Source: an uncultured Spirochaetota bacterium
GTDB lineage: Bacteria; Spirochaetota; Spirochaetia; SZUA-6; Fen-1364
Direction: 5' to 3'
NCBI GenBank assembly: GCA_963820525.1
Contig: CAWGAA010000003.1
Span: 160,001 to 224,000 of the forward strand
Length of the DNA stretch: 64,000 bases
This document shows positions 41,349 to 49,973 of the stretch, one piece after another. Within the stretch, counting starts at the first letter, position 1; each line of letters opens with the position of its first letter. The notes below the pieces were generated by a model. The model did no database searches and was not told the DNA's origin. It saw only the letters and a list, made by a program, of their open reading frames with translations. The position numbers and the translations under genes are program-made.

Positions 41349-42424
41349 CAGCCCTTTTTCTTCCTTTTAAAATCCTTTGCGAGCCTGTCGACCAGCCCCG
41401 CGCGCTGGTCGTAGAGGCGTTTCAAAGCCCTGGGCTTGCGCGTCGTCAAGGCGTAGGAAACCAGGATGGGAAGGGCGATTGTCGTGTCCGTGTAGCAGAC
41501 AACGGTATCGGGAAGCTGGTCGGGGTCCACCTTGCCCCACGTGACCGCCTCCTGGGAGGTGGCGCCGGAAAGCCCCCCCGTGTCCGCCCGGGCATCCGTG
41601 ATCTGCACGAAGTAGTCGTGCCCTTTTTCCTCCAGGCCGTAGATTTCCTGTATCTGGGGCTCGGTCTGGAGGGCGAAGTTCTTGGGGCTGCCACCGCCCA
41701 GGATCACGACACCGCTTTTTCCGCCGGAGCGCTTGGCCCCGTACACGATGGAGGCGGTCTCATTCACATCCAGCTCGGGATCGAAGCCGACGGCCAGGCC
41801 CTGGAGGCGCAGGGCGGCCACGCCCATGCCGAGGCTCGAATCCCCCGGGCTCGACGTGTAGATGGGGACCCCGGCCTCGAACGCGGCGCCCAGGAGCGAG
41901 CGGTAGGTGGAGCCGAGGATCTTCTCCCGCTCGCGCACGTACTTTCCGAGGTTGTAGTGCAGCTCCGCGGTTCCCATGCGCTTCTGGAACTCCTTGGAGG
42001 CGAGCACCTCGCCGATGAAGGCGTCCGTCTTGTAGAGCACGTCCGCGTCGAAGACGATGTCGTAGATCCTGATCACGTGATCGCGGCGCAGGGCAACGTC
42101 GTCCACGTTGGGGGACACGCCATAGAGCGAGAAGCCCAGGGAGCGGTGAAGGTCGTGGTAGAGGTTGGCGCCCGTGGAGACGATCCAGTCCACGAAACCC
42201 GCTTCCACCAGCGGCACGAACGCCGCGGTGCCGAGGCCGGCGGGCGTCAGGGCGCCGCTGATGGTGAGGCCGACGGTGACGTCGGGCTCCAGCATCTTTT
42301 TGGCGAAGATGTGGCAGGCCTCGCGCAGACGCGCCGCGTTGTAAGCGAGGAAGAACTCGTCGACGAGGTCCGTGATGCCGAGGTTTCCCGTGATGGGCTT
42401 GGGATCAAGCTTGCGCCCGTGCAT
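41348..42424 (-). CDS. Deoxyhypusine synthase-like (homospermidine biosynthesis) protein
   Basis: [38 protein letters not shown] (catalytic Lys retained). Confidence 0.88.
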   Translation of the reverse strand: MHGRKLDPKPITGNLGITDLVDEFFLAYNAARLREACHIFAKKMLEPDVTVGLTISGALTPAGLGTAAFVPLVEAGFVDWIVSTGANLYHDLHRSLGFSLYGVSPNVDDVALRRDHVIRIYDIVFDADVLYKTDAFIGEVLASKEFQKRMGTAELHYNLGKYVREREKILGSTYRSLLGAAFEAGVPIYTSSPGDSSLGMGVAALRLQGLAVGFDPELDVNETASIVYGAKRSGGKSGVVILGGGSPKNFALQTEPQIQEIYGLEEKGHDYFVQITDARADTGGLSGATSQEAVTWGKVDPDQLPDTVVCYTDTTIALPILVSYALTTRKPRALKRLYDQRAGLVDRLAKDFKRKKKG

Positions 42425-42969
42425 TACAAGAGGACCGCGGCGGAGACCACGGTGGTCCACGCCCCTCCCGAGGCGCCCTCCGCGGTCTGGACGATGCTGG
42501 TGCTGTCGACGATGTGGCCGCCCATGCGATACTGCTCGCGCCGCTCGTTGTAGTCCTTGTCAAGGTCGAAGGGCACGCCGAGCAGGGTTGCCAGCATGGA
42601 GGCGGCGAGGTCCTCCGCGTAGTCCCCCGCTTCCTTCTCGGTCTGGCCGTAGGAGTGATGCTCCGATAGATATCCGTACATTTGCAAATCGGCCGGGATC
42701 GCGATGCCGATGGAGGCGGCGATGCGCCGGCCCGGCTCGTTGGTGGCCATCTCGGCGAGCACGACGAAGGTGACCTCGCCCGCTTCCAGGGCCGCCAGGC
42801 CTTCCTCGGGGCTCACGATCTTGCATCCCGGCGGAAATATCGAAGAGACTCGCACGATATTGAGGTGCGCGATGCCGGCATTCCTCAGCGCCATCTCGAA
42901 GCTGTTCAGTTTTTCCTTGCTTATTCCGACCCCGCGGGTCAGGAAGAGCTTCCGGGGAACGAATCTCAC
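42424..42969 (-). CDS. Pyruvoyl-dependent arginine decarboxylase
   Basis: [33 protein letters not shown] (Ser-Ser autocleavage), YGYLSEHH. Confidence 0.9.
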   Translation of the reverse strand: MRFVPRKLFLTRGVGISKEKLNSFEMALRNAGIAHLNIVRVSSIFPPGCKIVSPEEGLAALEAGEVTFVVLAEMATNEPGRRIAASIGIAIPADLQMYGYLSEHHSYGQTEKEAGDYAEDLAASMLATLLGVPFDLDKDYNERREQYRMGGHIVDSTSIVQTAEGASGGAWTTVVSAAVLL

Positions 42970-43148
42970 TGCCTTCTCTCCTCTCGACTCTGCACTGGGA
43001 ATGCGCGCCGACGCCGCGCCGTCAACCTCCGAACAGTAGATCGGAATGCGACACCTCGTCAAGGATTACGGTATCACGATCGCCGGCTCAAAGCGCGCGC
43101 AAGCCGCAACCCTTGCAAACGGGTTTCCGATCCGCGATACTTTATGGC

Positions 43149-43994
43149 ATGGGGATCACGGCCGCGGAGAGGAAGGTGAGGCCCACGATCGTGGACGGAA
43201 TCTTCTATCCCGCGGAGCGAGGCAAGCTGCGCGACATAGTGGAGGAGCTCCTCGAAACCTCCCCCACTCCCCAGGGCAACTGCTTCGGAATTGTTTCGCC
43301 CCACGCGGGTTACTCATACGCGGGGCATGTGATGGCATCCGCCTTCCGCTCCATCCAGAAAAGAAGCGTGAAGAAGGCCGTGCTCATCGGTCCCGTTCAT
43401 CGGGATCCGCTGGAAGGTGTGTTCCTCCCCGAATCCGAGCTCTTCGCCACTCCGTTCGGCCCCTTGAGCGTCGACATGGACTCCGTGGAAAAGCTCCTCG
43501 CCTCGGCTCCCGTCTTCATGAAAAGCGACGTCCCGCACCTGGAGGAGCATTGCCTGGAAGTGCAGCTTCCCTTCATCGCCCGCCTGTTTCCCGACGCATC
43601 CATCGTGCCGCTGCTCATCGGCAAGCCGGGGCTGAATACGATCGAGGCGATCTGCAAGGGCCTTCGATTGACATCCGAATCCGCCGACGACTACAATGTT
43701 TACATCGTCTCCGCCAACATGGCCTCCTACATGAAGGGAACGGATACGATGAGGGAGTCCGAGACGATCATGAGTCTCATCGAGAGCGGCGACTGGCGGG
43801 GGATCGCGGCCGCTGCCGAGAAGGGCGGAATCAGCTCCTGCGGAGCGGCGGCAATTGCGGCACTGATCTCCCTCGCCGGAGAGAGCGCCCGGATCGAGCG
43901 GCTGGCCGTCGCCGATTCCCGCGGAGTGGACGGTGATCCGAAGCGCGCCGTGCACTACGCGGCTTTCAGTATCGCGAAGGAAAAAACCGGCTAG
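43149..43994 (+). CDS. amrB: AmmeMemoRadiSam system protein B (MEMO1 family)
   Basis: VRP..V.G.FYP, SPHAGYSYAG, EEHCLEVQLPF, CG..A. Confidence 0.87.
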   Translation: MGITAAERKVRPTIVDGIFYPAERGKLRDIVEELLETSPTPQGNCFGIVSPHAGYSYAGHVMASAFRSIQKRSVKKAVLIGPVHRDPLEGVFLPESELFATPFGPLSVDMDSVEKLLASAPVFMKSDVPHLEEHCLEVQLPFIARLFPDASIVPLLIGKPGLNTIEAICKGLRLTSESADDYNVYIVSANMASYMKGTDTMRESETIMSLIESGDWRGIAAAAEKGGISSCGAAAIAALISLAGESARIERLAVADSRGVDGDPKRAVHYAAFSIAKEKTG

Positions 43995-43997
43995 CAC

Positions 43998-44693
43998 ATG
44001 GAGTTCCAGCTCACCCAGGAAGAAAAGCTCCTCCTGCTTCAATCGGCCCGGGATGCCATTGCGGCGCGCTTCACGAAGGGCGGCGGAGGCCCGCGGCGGC
44101 TTGCCGAGGGCAACGAGGCAAACGCCGCGCAGGATGCCGGCAGCCGCCCCAAGCCAGGGAAGGCGGAGGGCGCCGGAGGCCCGCGGCGGCTTGCCGAGGG
44201 CAACGAGGCAAACGCCGCGCAGGATGCCGGCAGCAGCCCCAAGCCCACCGGCGCGCTCGCCACCCCGTGCGGCGCCTTCGTCACGCTGCGCCAGGGTGGG
44301 GAGCTTCGCGGCTGCATCGGTTTCATCGCGGCCTCGCGGCCGCTCCTGGACACGGTCCGGGAAGTGGCCGTGGCGAGCGCATTCGAGGACCCCCGCTTTT
44401 CCCCGCTCCGCTGCGAGGAGCTGGAACGGACGAGCATCGAGATTTCGGTGCTCTCCCCTTTACGGCAGATCTCCGACGTGTCGGAGATACGGACCGGCGT
44501 GCATGGAATCCTGATCAGACGCGGGTTTCGCTCGGGGCTGCTCCTTCCCCAGGTGGCCACGGAGCAGGGCTGGGACCGGGACACGTTCCTGACCCATACC
44601 TGCTACAAGGCGGGGCTTCCCCCCGACGCATGGAAGAGCCCCGAAACGACGATAGAGATATTCAGCGCGCTGGTATTCCACGAAGATCTGTGA
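43998..44693 (+). CDS. amrA: AmmeMemoRadiSam system protein A (AMMECR1 family) with in-frame repeat insertion
   Basis: GAFVTL...LRGCIG, AFEDPRF, IEISVLSP, GLLLPQVA, CYKAGLP. Confidence 0.9.
   Translation: MEFQLTQEEKLLLLQSARDAIAARFTKGGGGPRRLAEGNEANAAQDAGSRPKPGKAEGAGGPRRLAEGNEANAAQDAGSSPKPTGALATPCGAFVTLRQGGELRGCIGFIAASRPLLDTVREVAVASAFEDPRFSPLRCEELERTSIEISVLSPLRQISDVSEIRTGVHGILIRRGFRSGLLLPQVATEQGWDRDTFLTHTCYKAGLPPDAWKSPETTIEIFSALVFHEDL
44077..44245 (+). repeat. Two copies of a ~79-bp palindromic unit (90-bp period) inside amrA
   Basis: GGAGGCCCGCGGCGGCTTGCCGAGGGCAACGAGGCAAACGCCGCGCAGGATGCCGGCAGC repeated exactly; encodes GGPRRLAEGNEANAAQDAGS twice. Confidence 0.92.
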
Positions 44694-44709
44694 AGAAGGC
44701 CCCTAGAAC

Positions 44710-46119
44710 ATGATCATGGAAATCGTCGAGGGGGGCGAGAAGCGCCTCGCCTTTCCCGTGGGCCCGAGCGCGGCAAGCCGCACCCTTGCCAGGATAACCA
44801 CGCTGAGAAGCTCCCCCGGCTGGATCATAAAGGGAGAGGAGGCGCGGCAATGGCTTTTCGAAGGCTTCCTGGAGAGAGACGGAGTACTGTACCTCTACGG
44901 CCCCCACTCCTCATGCAGGAGCCTTTCGAGCGTCCTCGAGCCCGGCCTCGCTGAGGCGCTCCCCTCCATCTCCCTGCTCATCGGTTCGCTCCTCGTTCTC
45001 TCGAGAAACGGCCTGGGCTGGTTTCCGCTCGAGACCGATGGCGTGTATTTCATCGAAGGCGGCGGCGTTCTTTTTCTCCCTCCCGAAGTCTTGCGCGAGC
45101 TTCGGGGGCTTCGTCCCTTCGAGGCCAATCGGGATACTTTCGAGGTGATAAGCCATCCCGACCTGAAGGATGAGCAGCTTGCCTCTTTTTCAATCTCCGC
45201 GCTGCTCTATAGGGCCTCGACCGGCAGGTTTCCCTACGGAGGCTCAACTGCCGAAGAGATCCACGAGGAGGTTCGAAAGCGCGAGATCCTCCCTCCGGAT
45301 CGGATAGTGCCCGAGCTTTCACCCGACTTTTCAAAGTCCATCATGTCGTGCCTGAGCGGACAACACTCGCAGATCATCCGGCTCGATCGCTGGAAGGAGC
45401 TTGCAGATTCCTGGATCGCGAAGCCTCCCCTTCGCGAGCTTTCCCAGGAGGAGAAGGAGCAGATAGCGCGGGAAGCGGCGACCCAGGGCCGGGCGGCTAA
45501 TCGGCGCTACCGCCGAAGGGTGTTCTGGCAAAGGAACAGGATGACGGTTGCCATCGTCGCCGGAATCTGTCTGATTGCCGGTGCCGTGCTGGGAACCATC
45601 CTGAAAGGTGTGCTCGCTCCCCGGCCCACGCATGGCTTCTCCCCGCAAAAGGTCGTAGAGACCTTCTACAATTCGATGAACACCCTGGACCAGACCGTCA
45701 TCTCGGCATGCGTGATCGGAAAGGCCGGACGAACGGAGACCACCGAGGTGACCAACCTCTACGTCATCTCACGGATGAACCTCGGCTACACGGGAAAGTC
45801 GAGCATCATCAGCGCTTCCGATTGGGACGCAAAAGGCAGACCCAAGCCTGCTCCCGGCATTTCAGTCTACGGCGTGACCAACCTCACCGTTACCTGGGAG
45901 CAGGGCCCGCCGAATCCCGTGTTCCTCGCTCGCTATGAAAAGTGGCGCCCTGCGACGCCCCCGGATGATTCGAACCAGCCTCCCCAAACGCCCACCCCGT
46001 CCTTTGAGGGCAGCTCGGTCACGGACCGCCTGTCCCTGAAGCAGGACCGGGGGGACTGGGTCATCTTCGACATCGAAAGACTCAAGGAGGAGCCTATCGA
46101 TACGAGCCGGTGGAAATAG
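44710..46119 (+). CDS. Membrane protein with degenerate kinase-like N-terminal domain
   Basis: HPDL...FSISALLYRASTGRFPY resembles kinase subdomain IX; single TM; extracytoplasmic C-terminal domain; no HRD/DFG motifs. Confidence 0.55.
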   Translation: MIMEIVEGGEKRLAFPVGPSAASRTLARITTLRSSPGWIIKGEEARQWLFEGFLERDGVLYLYGPHSSCRSLSSVLEPGLAEALPSISLLIGSLLVLSRNGLGWFPLETDGVYFIEGGGVLFLPPEVLRELRGLRPFEANRDTFEVISHPDLKDEQLASFSISALLYRASTGRFPYGGSTAEEIHEEVRKREILPPDRIVPELSPDFSKSIMSCLSGQHSQIIRLDRWKELADSWIAKPPLRELSQEEKEQIAREAATQGRAANRRYRRRVFWQRNRMTVAIVAGICLIAGAVLGTILKGVLAPRPTHGFSPQKVVETFYNSMNTLDQTVISACVIGKAGRTETTEVTNLYVISRMNLGYTGKSSIISASDWDAKGRPKPAPGISVYGVTNLTVTWEQGPPNPVFLARYEKWRPATPPDDSNQPPQTPTPSFEGSSVTDRLSLKQDRGDWVIFDIERLKEEPIDTSRWK

Positions 46120-46231
46120 GGGTAGAGGGAAGCTACAAGTGATCAAGCCGGATAGCCGGGTAGCCTCAAGCGCCGGGACATGTTATACTTTTATTCACTG
46201 TAGATGATGCCCGCAATTCGGAACCGAAAGC

Positions 46232-47902
46232 GTGGAAAACTGTACGATGTCTGATCCACTAGCAATAGCAGAGCTTTACCGTCAATCTCTCAAGAAAAGC
46301 CAAGATCAGAATCGCCGAAGCACTCTCGGCCAGTTCTTAACCCCGACGGTGACTGCCCGCCTCATGGCCTCCATGAGCACACACTCGCGCAGTCACCTCC
46401 GTTTTTTGGACGCAGGCGCCGGGGCGGGAGCACTCACTGCCGCGTGGGTGGCCGAGATCTGCTCTCGAGCCCGTCGCCCAAAGGAGATTTCTCTCACCGC
46501 CGTCGAAGTCGACGAGAGGTTTCTTCCCGAGCTCAAGCGAACGCTAAAAGCATGCGAGCAATCGTGTACGGATGTCGGGATCCTCTGCCGTTGGGAAATC
46601 AAGCACGGAGATTTCATCGAGATAGCGGTACACGCACTCGATGCCGATCTTTTCAAAACCGAAGATACAAAGTTCGATGTAGCTATTCTTAATCCTCCAT
46701 ATAAAAAACTAAGAAGTGATTCGGCAGGCCGGAGTCTTCTTCACCGGCTCGGCATCGAAACAAGCAATTTCTACACGGCCTTCACCTCCCTCGCCGTACT
46801 CCTTTTAGAGAAAGGTGGAGAGCTGATCGCCATTACTCCCCGAAGCTTCTGCAATGGGCCCTATTTCCGGCCGTTCCGCCGTCACCTTTTAAAGCAAACA
46901 AATCTTACCCATTTCCACGTCTTCGAAACCCGGGATCAGGCTTTTCGCGACGACGAGGTCCTCCAGGAGAATGTCATCATCAGGGTAGTGAAAGGATTGC
47001 CCCAGCAATCTCACCTCCTAATCTCGCATTCCCGCACCCCCGATGACCCCCAGGTGATACGAAACACCGTTTTTTTCGAACAGGTCGTCAAGAAAGGCGA
47101 CCCACAGTATTTTTTCCATTTGGTTCCCGATGACAACGGTCACGCGGTTGCCCGGGCCATCGAGAGCCTGCCTTGCAAGCTGTCCGATCTGGGGCTCACC
47201 GTAAGCACGGGCCGTGTCGTCGACTTCCGCGCTAGGCAGTGGATCCGGATGGCACCCTCCGCAGATACCGTTCCCCTTATATACCCCGCTCACTTCGAAA
47301 ACGGCGCTGTGCGCTGGCCTAAGCCTCATATAAGAAAGCCGAACGCAATCTTTCTAAACGATGAGAGTGCCGTTCTTATGGTTCCCGCGGGCGCATACAC
47401 ACTCGTCAGGCGGTTCTCAGCGAAGGAAGAACGCCGGCGTGTGGTCGCCGCCGTCTTCGAATCAACAGGAATGTCTTTTCCTGTTGTCGGCTTTGAGAAT
47501 CATCTCAACTATTTCCATCGCGCCGGTAAACCCCTTGATCCTATACTCGCCAGAGGGCTTGCGGCATTTCTTAACTCCACACTCGTGGACAGCTACTTCC
47601 GCCAGTTCAATGGTCACACGCAGGTGAACGCCGAAGACCTCAGGGCCTTGCGCTACCCCGCTCAGAATGTTTTAATCGCCCTCGGGCGCCGCGTTGGGAA
47701 TACACTCCCCGAACAGGACGCTCTGGATTCAATTGTAGAGGAAAAGATCAGGCAGGATGAAAGTAAGCATTCGGCAACGTCGCATAGCCGAAGCCCGGAA
47801 CGTGCTGGCGGCTTTCGGACTACCCAAGGAACAGCAAAACGAGAGAGCCGCCCTCACTCTACTCGCCCTTCTCGATCTGCCGCCCCAAAAATCGTGGACT
47901 GA
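46232..47902 (+). CDS. Type II N6-adenine DNA methyltransferase (BsuBI/PstI-like; start may be 46247)
   Basis: GQFLTP, LDAGAGAG, ILNPPY, ITPRSFCNGPYF, STGRVVDFR, RRFSAKEERRR, FENHLN, FNGHTQVNA. Confidence 0.92.
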   Translation: MENCTMSDPLAIAELYRQSLKKSQDQNRRSTLGQFLTPTVTARLMASMSTHSRSHLRFLDAGAGAGALTAAWVAEICSRARRPKEISLTAVEVDERFLPELKRTLKACEQSCTDVGILCRWEIKHGDFIEIAVHALDADLFKTEDTKFDVAILNPPYKKLRSDSAGRSLLHRLGIETSNFYTAFTSLAVLLLEKGGELIAITPRSFCNGPYFRPFRRHLLKQTNLTHFHVFETRDQAFRDDEVLQENVIIRVVKGLPQQSHLLISHSRTPDDPQVIRNTVFFEQVVKKGDPQYFFHLVPDDNGHAVARAIESLPCKLSDLGLTVSTGRVVDFRARQWIRMAPSADTVPLIYPAHFENGAVRWPKPHIRKPNAIFLNDESAVLMVPAGAYTLVRRFSAKEERRRVVAAVFESTGMSFPVVGFENHLNYFHRAGKPLDPILARGLAAFLNSTLVDSYFRQFNGHTQVNAEDLRALRYPAQNVLIALGRRVGNTLPEQDALDSIVEEKIRQDESKHSATSHSRSPERAGGFRTTQGTAKRESRPHSTRPSRSAAPKIVD

Positions 47903-48707
47903 AGCCACAGATCCCCTTCAAGGCGTTACCCCCATCATGGAGTTCGCCGCCAAGCACTACAAGAAAAACTGGGCGCCCAACACCCGGGAGACCGTCCGCA
48001 GGTTTACCCTTCATCAATTCGAACAGGCCGGTCTCGTAGTCGCCAACCCCGATGAGCCAGACCGCCCCACCAATAGCCCCCTCTATTGTTACCAGATCGG
48101 ACCCCGAGCGCTTTCGGTCATTCGAAAGTTCGACACGAAAGAATGGGAGATGTCGCTCCGCCACTACCTTGCCGACGCGCGTACTCTCACACAACGCTAT
48201 GCTCAGGTCCGCGATATGCGCCGCATTCCTCTAGTCCTTTTGCCAGGAAAGGCGATCAAGCTCTCGCCGGGCAAGCATAACGCTCTCATCGAGAAGATTG
48301 TGGCTGAGTTCTGCCCCCGCTTCACTCCGGGCGCACGACCCGTCTATGTCGGCGATACGGGAAAGAAATGGGCTTACTTCGATGCCGCCTACCTTGAAGG
48401 CCTGGGCGTTCATGTCGAAGAGCATGGCAAGATGCCCGATCTCTGTATCCATTTTGTTCAGAAGAACTGGGTTGTTCTCATAGAGGCGGTCACAAGCCAC
48501 GGGCCTGTCAACCCCAAACGACTGGCAGAGCTGAAGAGGTTATTCTCAGGCAGCAAAGCGGGACTGGTGTTCGTGACGGCGTTCCCGGACAGACGAACAC
48601 TAATGAAATATATACAAGAGATCGCATGGGAAACCGAAGTGTGGGTCGCGGAAGCTCCAGATCACATGGTCCATTTCAACGGTGAACGGTTCCTCGGGCC
48701 GTATTAG
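47757..48707 (+). CDS. BsuBI/PstI family type II restriction endonuclease
   Basis: APNTRETVRRFTLHQF, LSPGKHN, HGKMPD, LIEAVTSHGP, IAWETEVW, HFNGERFLGPY. Confidence 0.92.
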   Translation: MKVSIRQRRIAEARNVLAAFGLPKEQQNERAALTLLALLDLPPQKSWTEATDPLQGVTPIMEFAAKHYKKNWAPNTRETVRRFTLHQFEQAGLVVANPDEPDRPTNSPLYCYQIGPRALSVIRKFDTKEWEMSLRHYLADARTLTQRYAQVRDMRRIPLVLLPGKAIKLSPGKHNALIEKIVAEFCPRFTPGARPVYVGDTGKKWAYFDAAYLEGLGVHVEEHGKMPDLCIHFVQKNWVVLIEAVTSHGPVNPKRLAELKRLFSGSKAGLVFVTAFPDRRTLMKYIQEIAWETEVWVAEAPDHMVHFNGERFLGPY

Positions 48708-48755
48708 CAAAGAAAATACGCGGCTCTGTGCAAAGGTTTGATTACATCCCTTTCC

Positions 48756-49046
48756 GCCCGGCGGAAACGGTTCCGGGCTGAGCTTACCCGTGGGGGTCGC
48801 CCTGACGGGCTCCAGGGCGGGCCGCGCGGCGCCGGCTAATAGGCCCATTATCCGGACGCCGCGCTCTCCCTCAGCCCGGAACTTCGCCATTCGGTGCGGC
48901 ATTATTTTAGGACACGGCTCGGCCCTCCATGGCCTCGCCGCTTCCGGCCGTTCCCGCGGCGGCTCTCCGCCTACCGCTATCATCGGGCCATGTCTGCCGC
49001 CCCTTCAGGGTTGGCTGAGCACGCTGCAGCCCAACTTCCGCCGGGC
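48756..49046 (+). repeat. Structured non-coding element, copy A (~290 nt)
   Basis: Closing stem 48756-48766/49036-49046 (11 bp perfect), stem 48770-48782/48870-48882 (13 bp perfect) enclosing two hairpins, and a 33-bp block 48911-48943 identical to copy B. Confidence 0.8.
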
Positions 49047-49254
49047 CTGGTGGGCGCGTGCGCTGTACTGCTCAATCCGCACTGCAGGACTGGTCGCCGA
49101 ACCGTGAAAAAAGACGACAGCGGACGCTCGGCTGCTAACCGAATGCACTGCAAGCCCGGGCAGGAAGGTAACCGTCAAATAAACCCCACCTTGCGGCCGG
49201 CATAAAAAGCCGCGATCCTGAGCCCACTCAATTCAGGGAATCAGGAGGCCGTAG

Positions 49255-49596
49255 ATGGAGTCAAGACAGGAGAATCGAAAACAACCACGCAGAAACGCAG
49301 AGAAATGGAGCGAGCTCATCACCGCGTGGCGATCAAGCGGGAAGACGAGAAAGGCATGGTGCCAGGAACAAGGGATACCCTACGAATCCCTGAGGCGATG
49401 GGTGAAGCGATTGCGCGGCTCCGCCGACGGATTGTCATTTGTAGGAATCCGCGACACATCCCAAGCCCTGGATGCTGCGGAGCAGGCGCGCGTGAGAGTA
49501 AGCAGAGATGGAGATATTGAACTGTATGGAAACATCGGCGAGGAGCTTCTGCGCAGAGTGCTGCGCGTGATGCGGGAGACGGCTGATGTTCATTGA
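49255..49596 (+). CDS. tnpA: IS66 accessory protein TnpA
   Basis: W..LI.AWRSSGKT...WC....I...SL..W HTH pattern. Confidence 0.85.
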   Translation: MESRQENRKQPRRNAEKWSELITAWRSSGKTRKAWCQEQGIPYESLRRWVKRLRGSADGLSFVGIRDTSQALDAAEQARVRVSRDGDIELYGNIGEELLRRVLRVMRETADVH

Positions 49597-49934
49597 ATGG
49601 AGCAACGTCAAGATATTTGTTCGTCCGGGCGCGACGGATTTGAGAAAACAGATAAACGGACTGGCCATCCTGGTACAGACGGCGATGGGCAAAGATCCGC
49701 TTTCCGGACACCTCTACCTTTTCAGCAATCATGAGAAACGTCTCCTGAAGGTGCCTGTACTGGGATCGAAACGGGTTCTGCATGTGGCAGAAAAGGCTGG
49801 AGCGGGATCGCTTCCCCTGGCCAAGAACGGAAGAGGCAGCGCGGGAGATCAGCTTGGAGCAGCTTCGGATGCTGCTTTCGGGAATCGACTTCTGGAACGC
49901 GCACCAGAGCCTCGCGTATACCGCGGTCGTATAA
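49586..49934 (+). pseudogene. tnpB: IS66 accessory protein TnpB, +1 frameshift at 49754-49755
   Basis: TDLRKQINGL...LYLFSN...LLKV; the conserved LYWDRNGFCMWQKRLERDRFPWP continues in the shifted frame. Confidence 0.88.
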
Positions 49935-49973
49935 AAACATCTAGATTTTAAGGCCCCATCATGGTATTCTCAT

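Noticed and set aside
46120..46231. tRNA or att site at the accessory region boundary
   Set aside because: No cloverleaf or direct repeat partner found within the window.
49131..49170. Twister ribozyme (CTAAC...CAAGCCCGG resemblance)
   Set aside because: The required stems and pseudoknot partners could not be built by eye; better explained as the closing strand of copy B.
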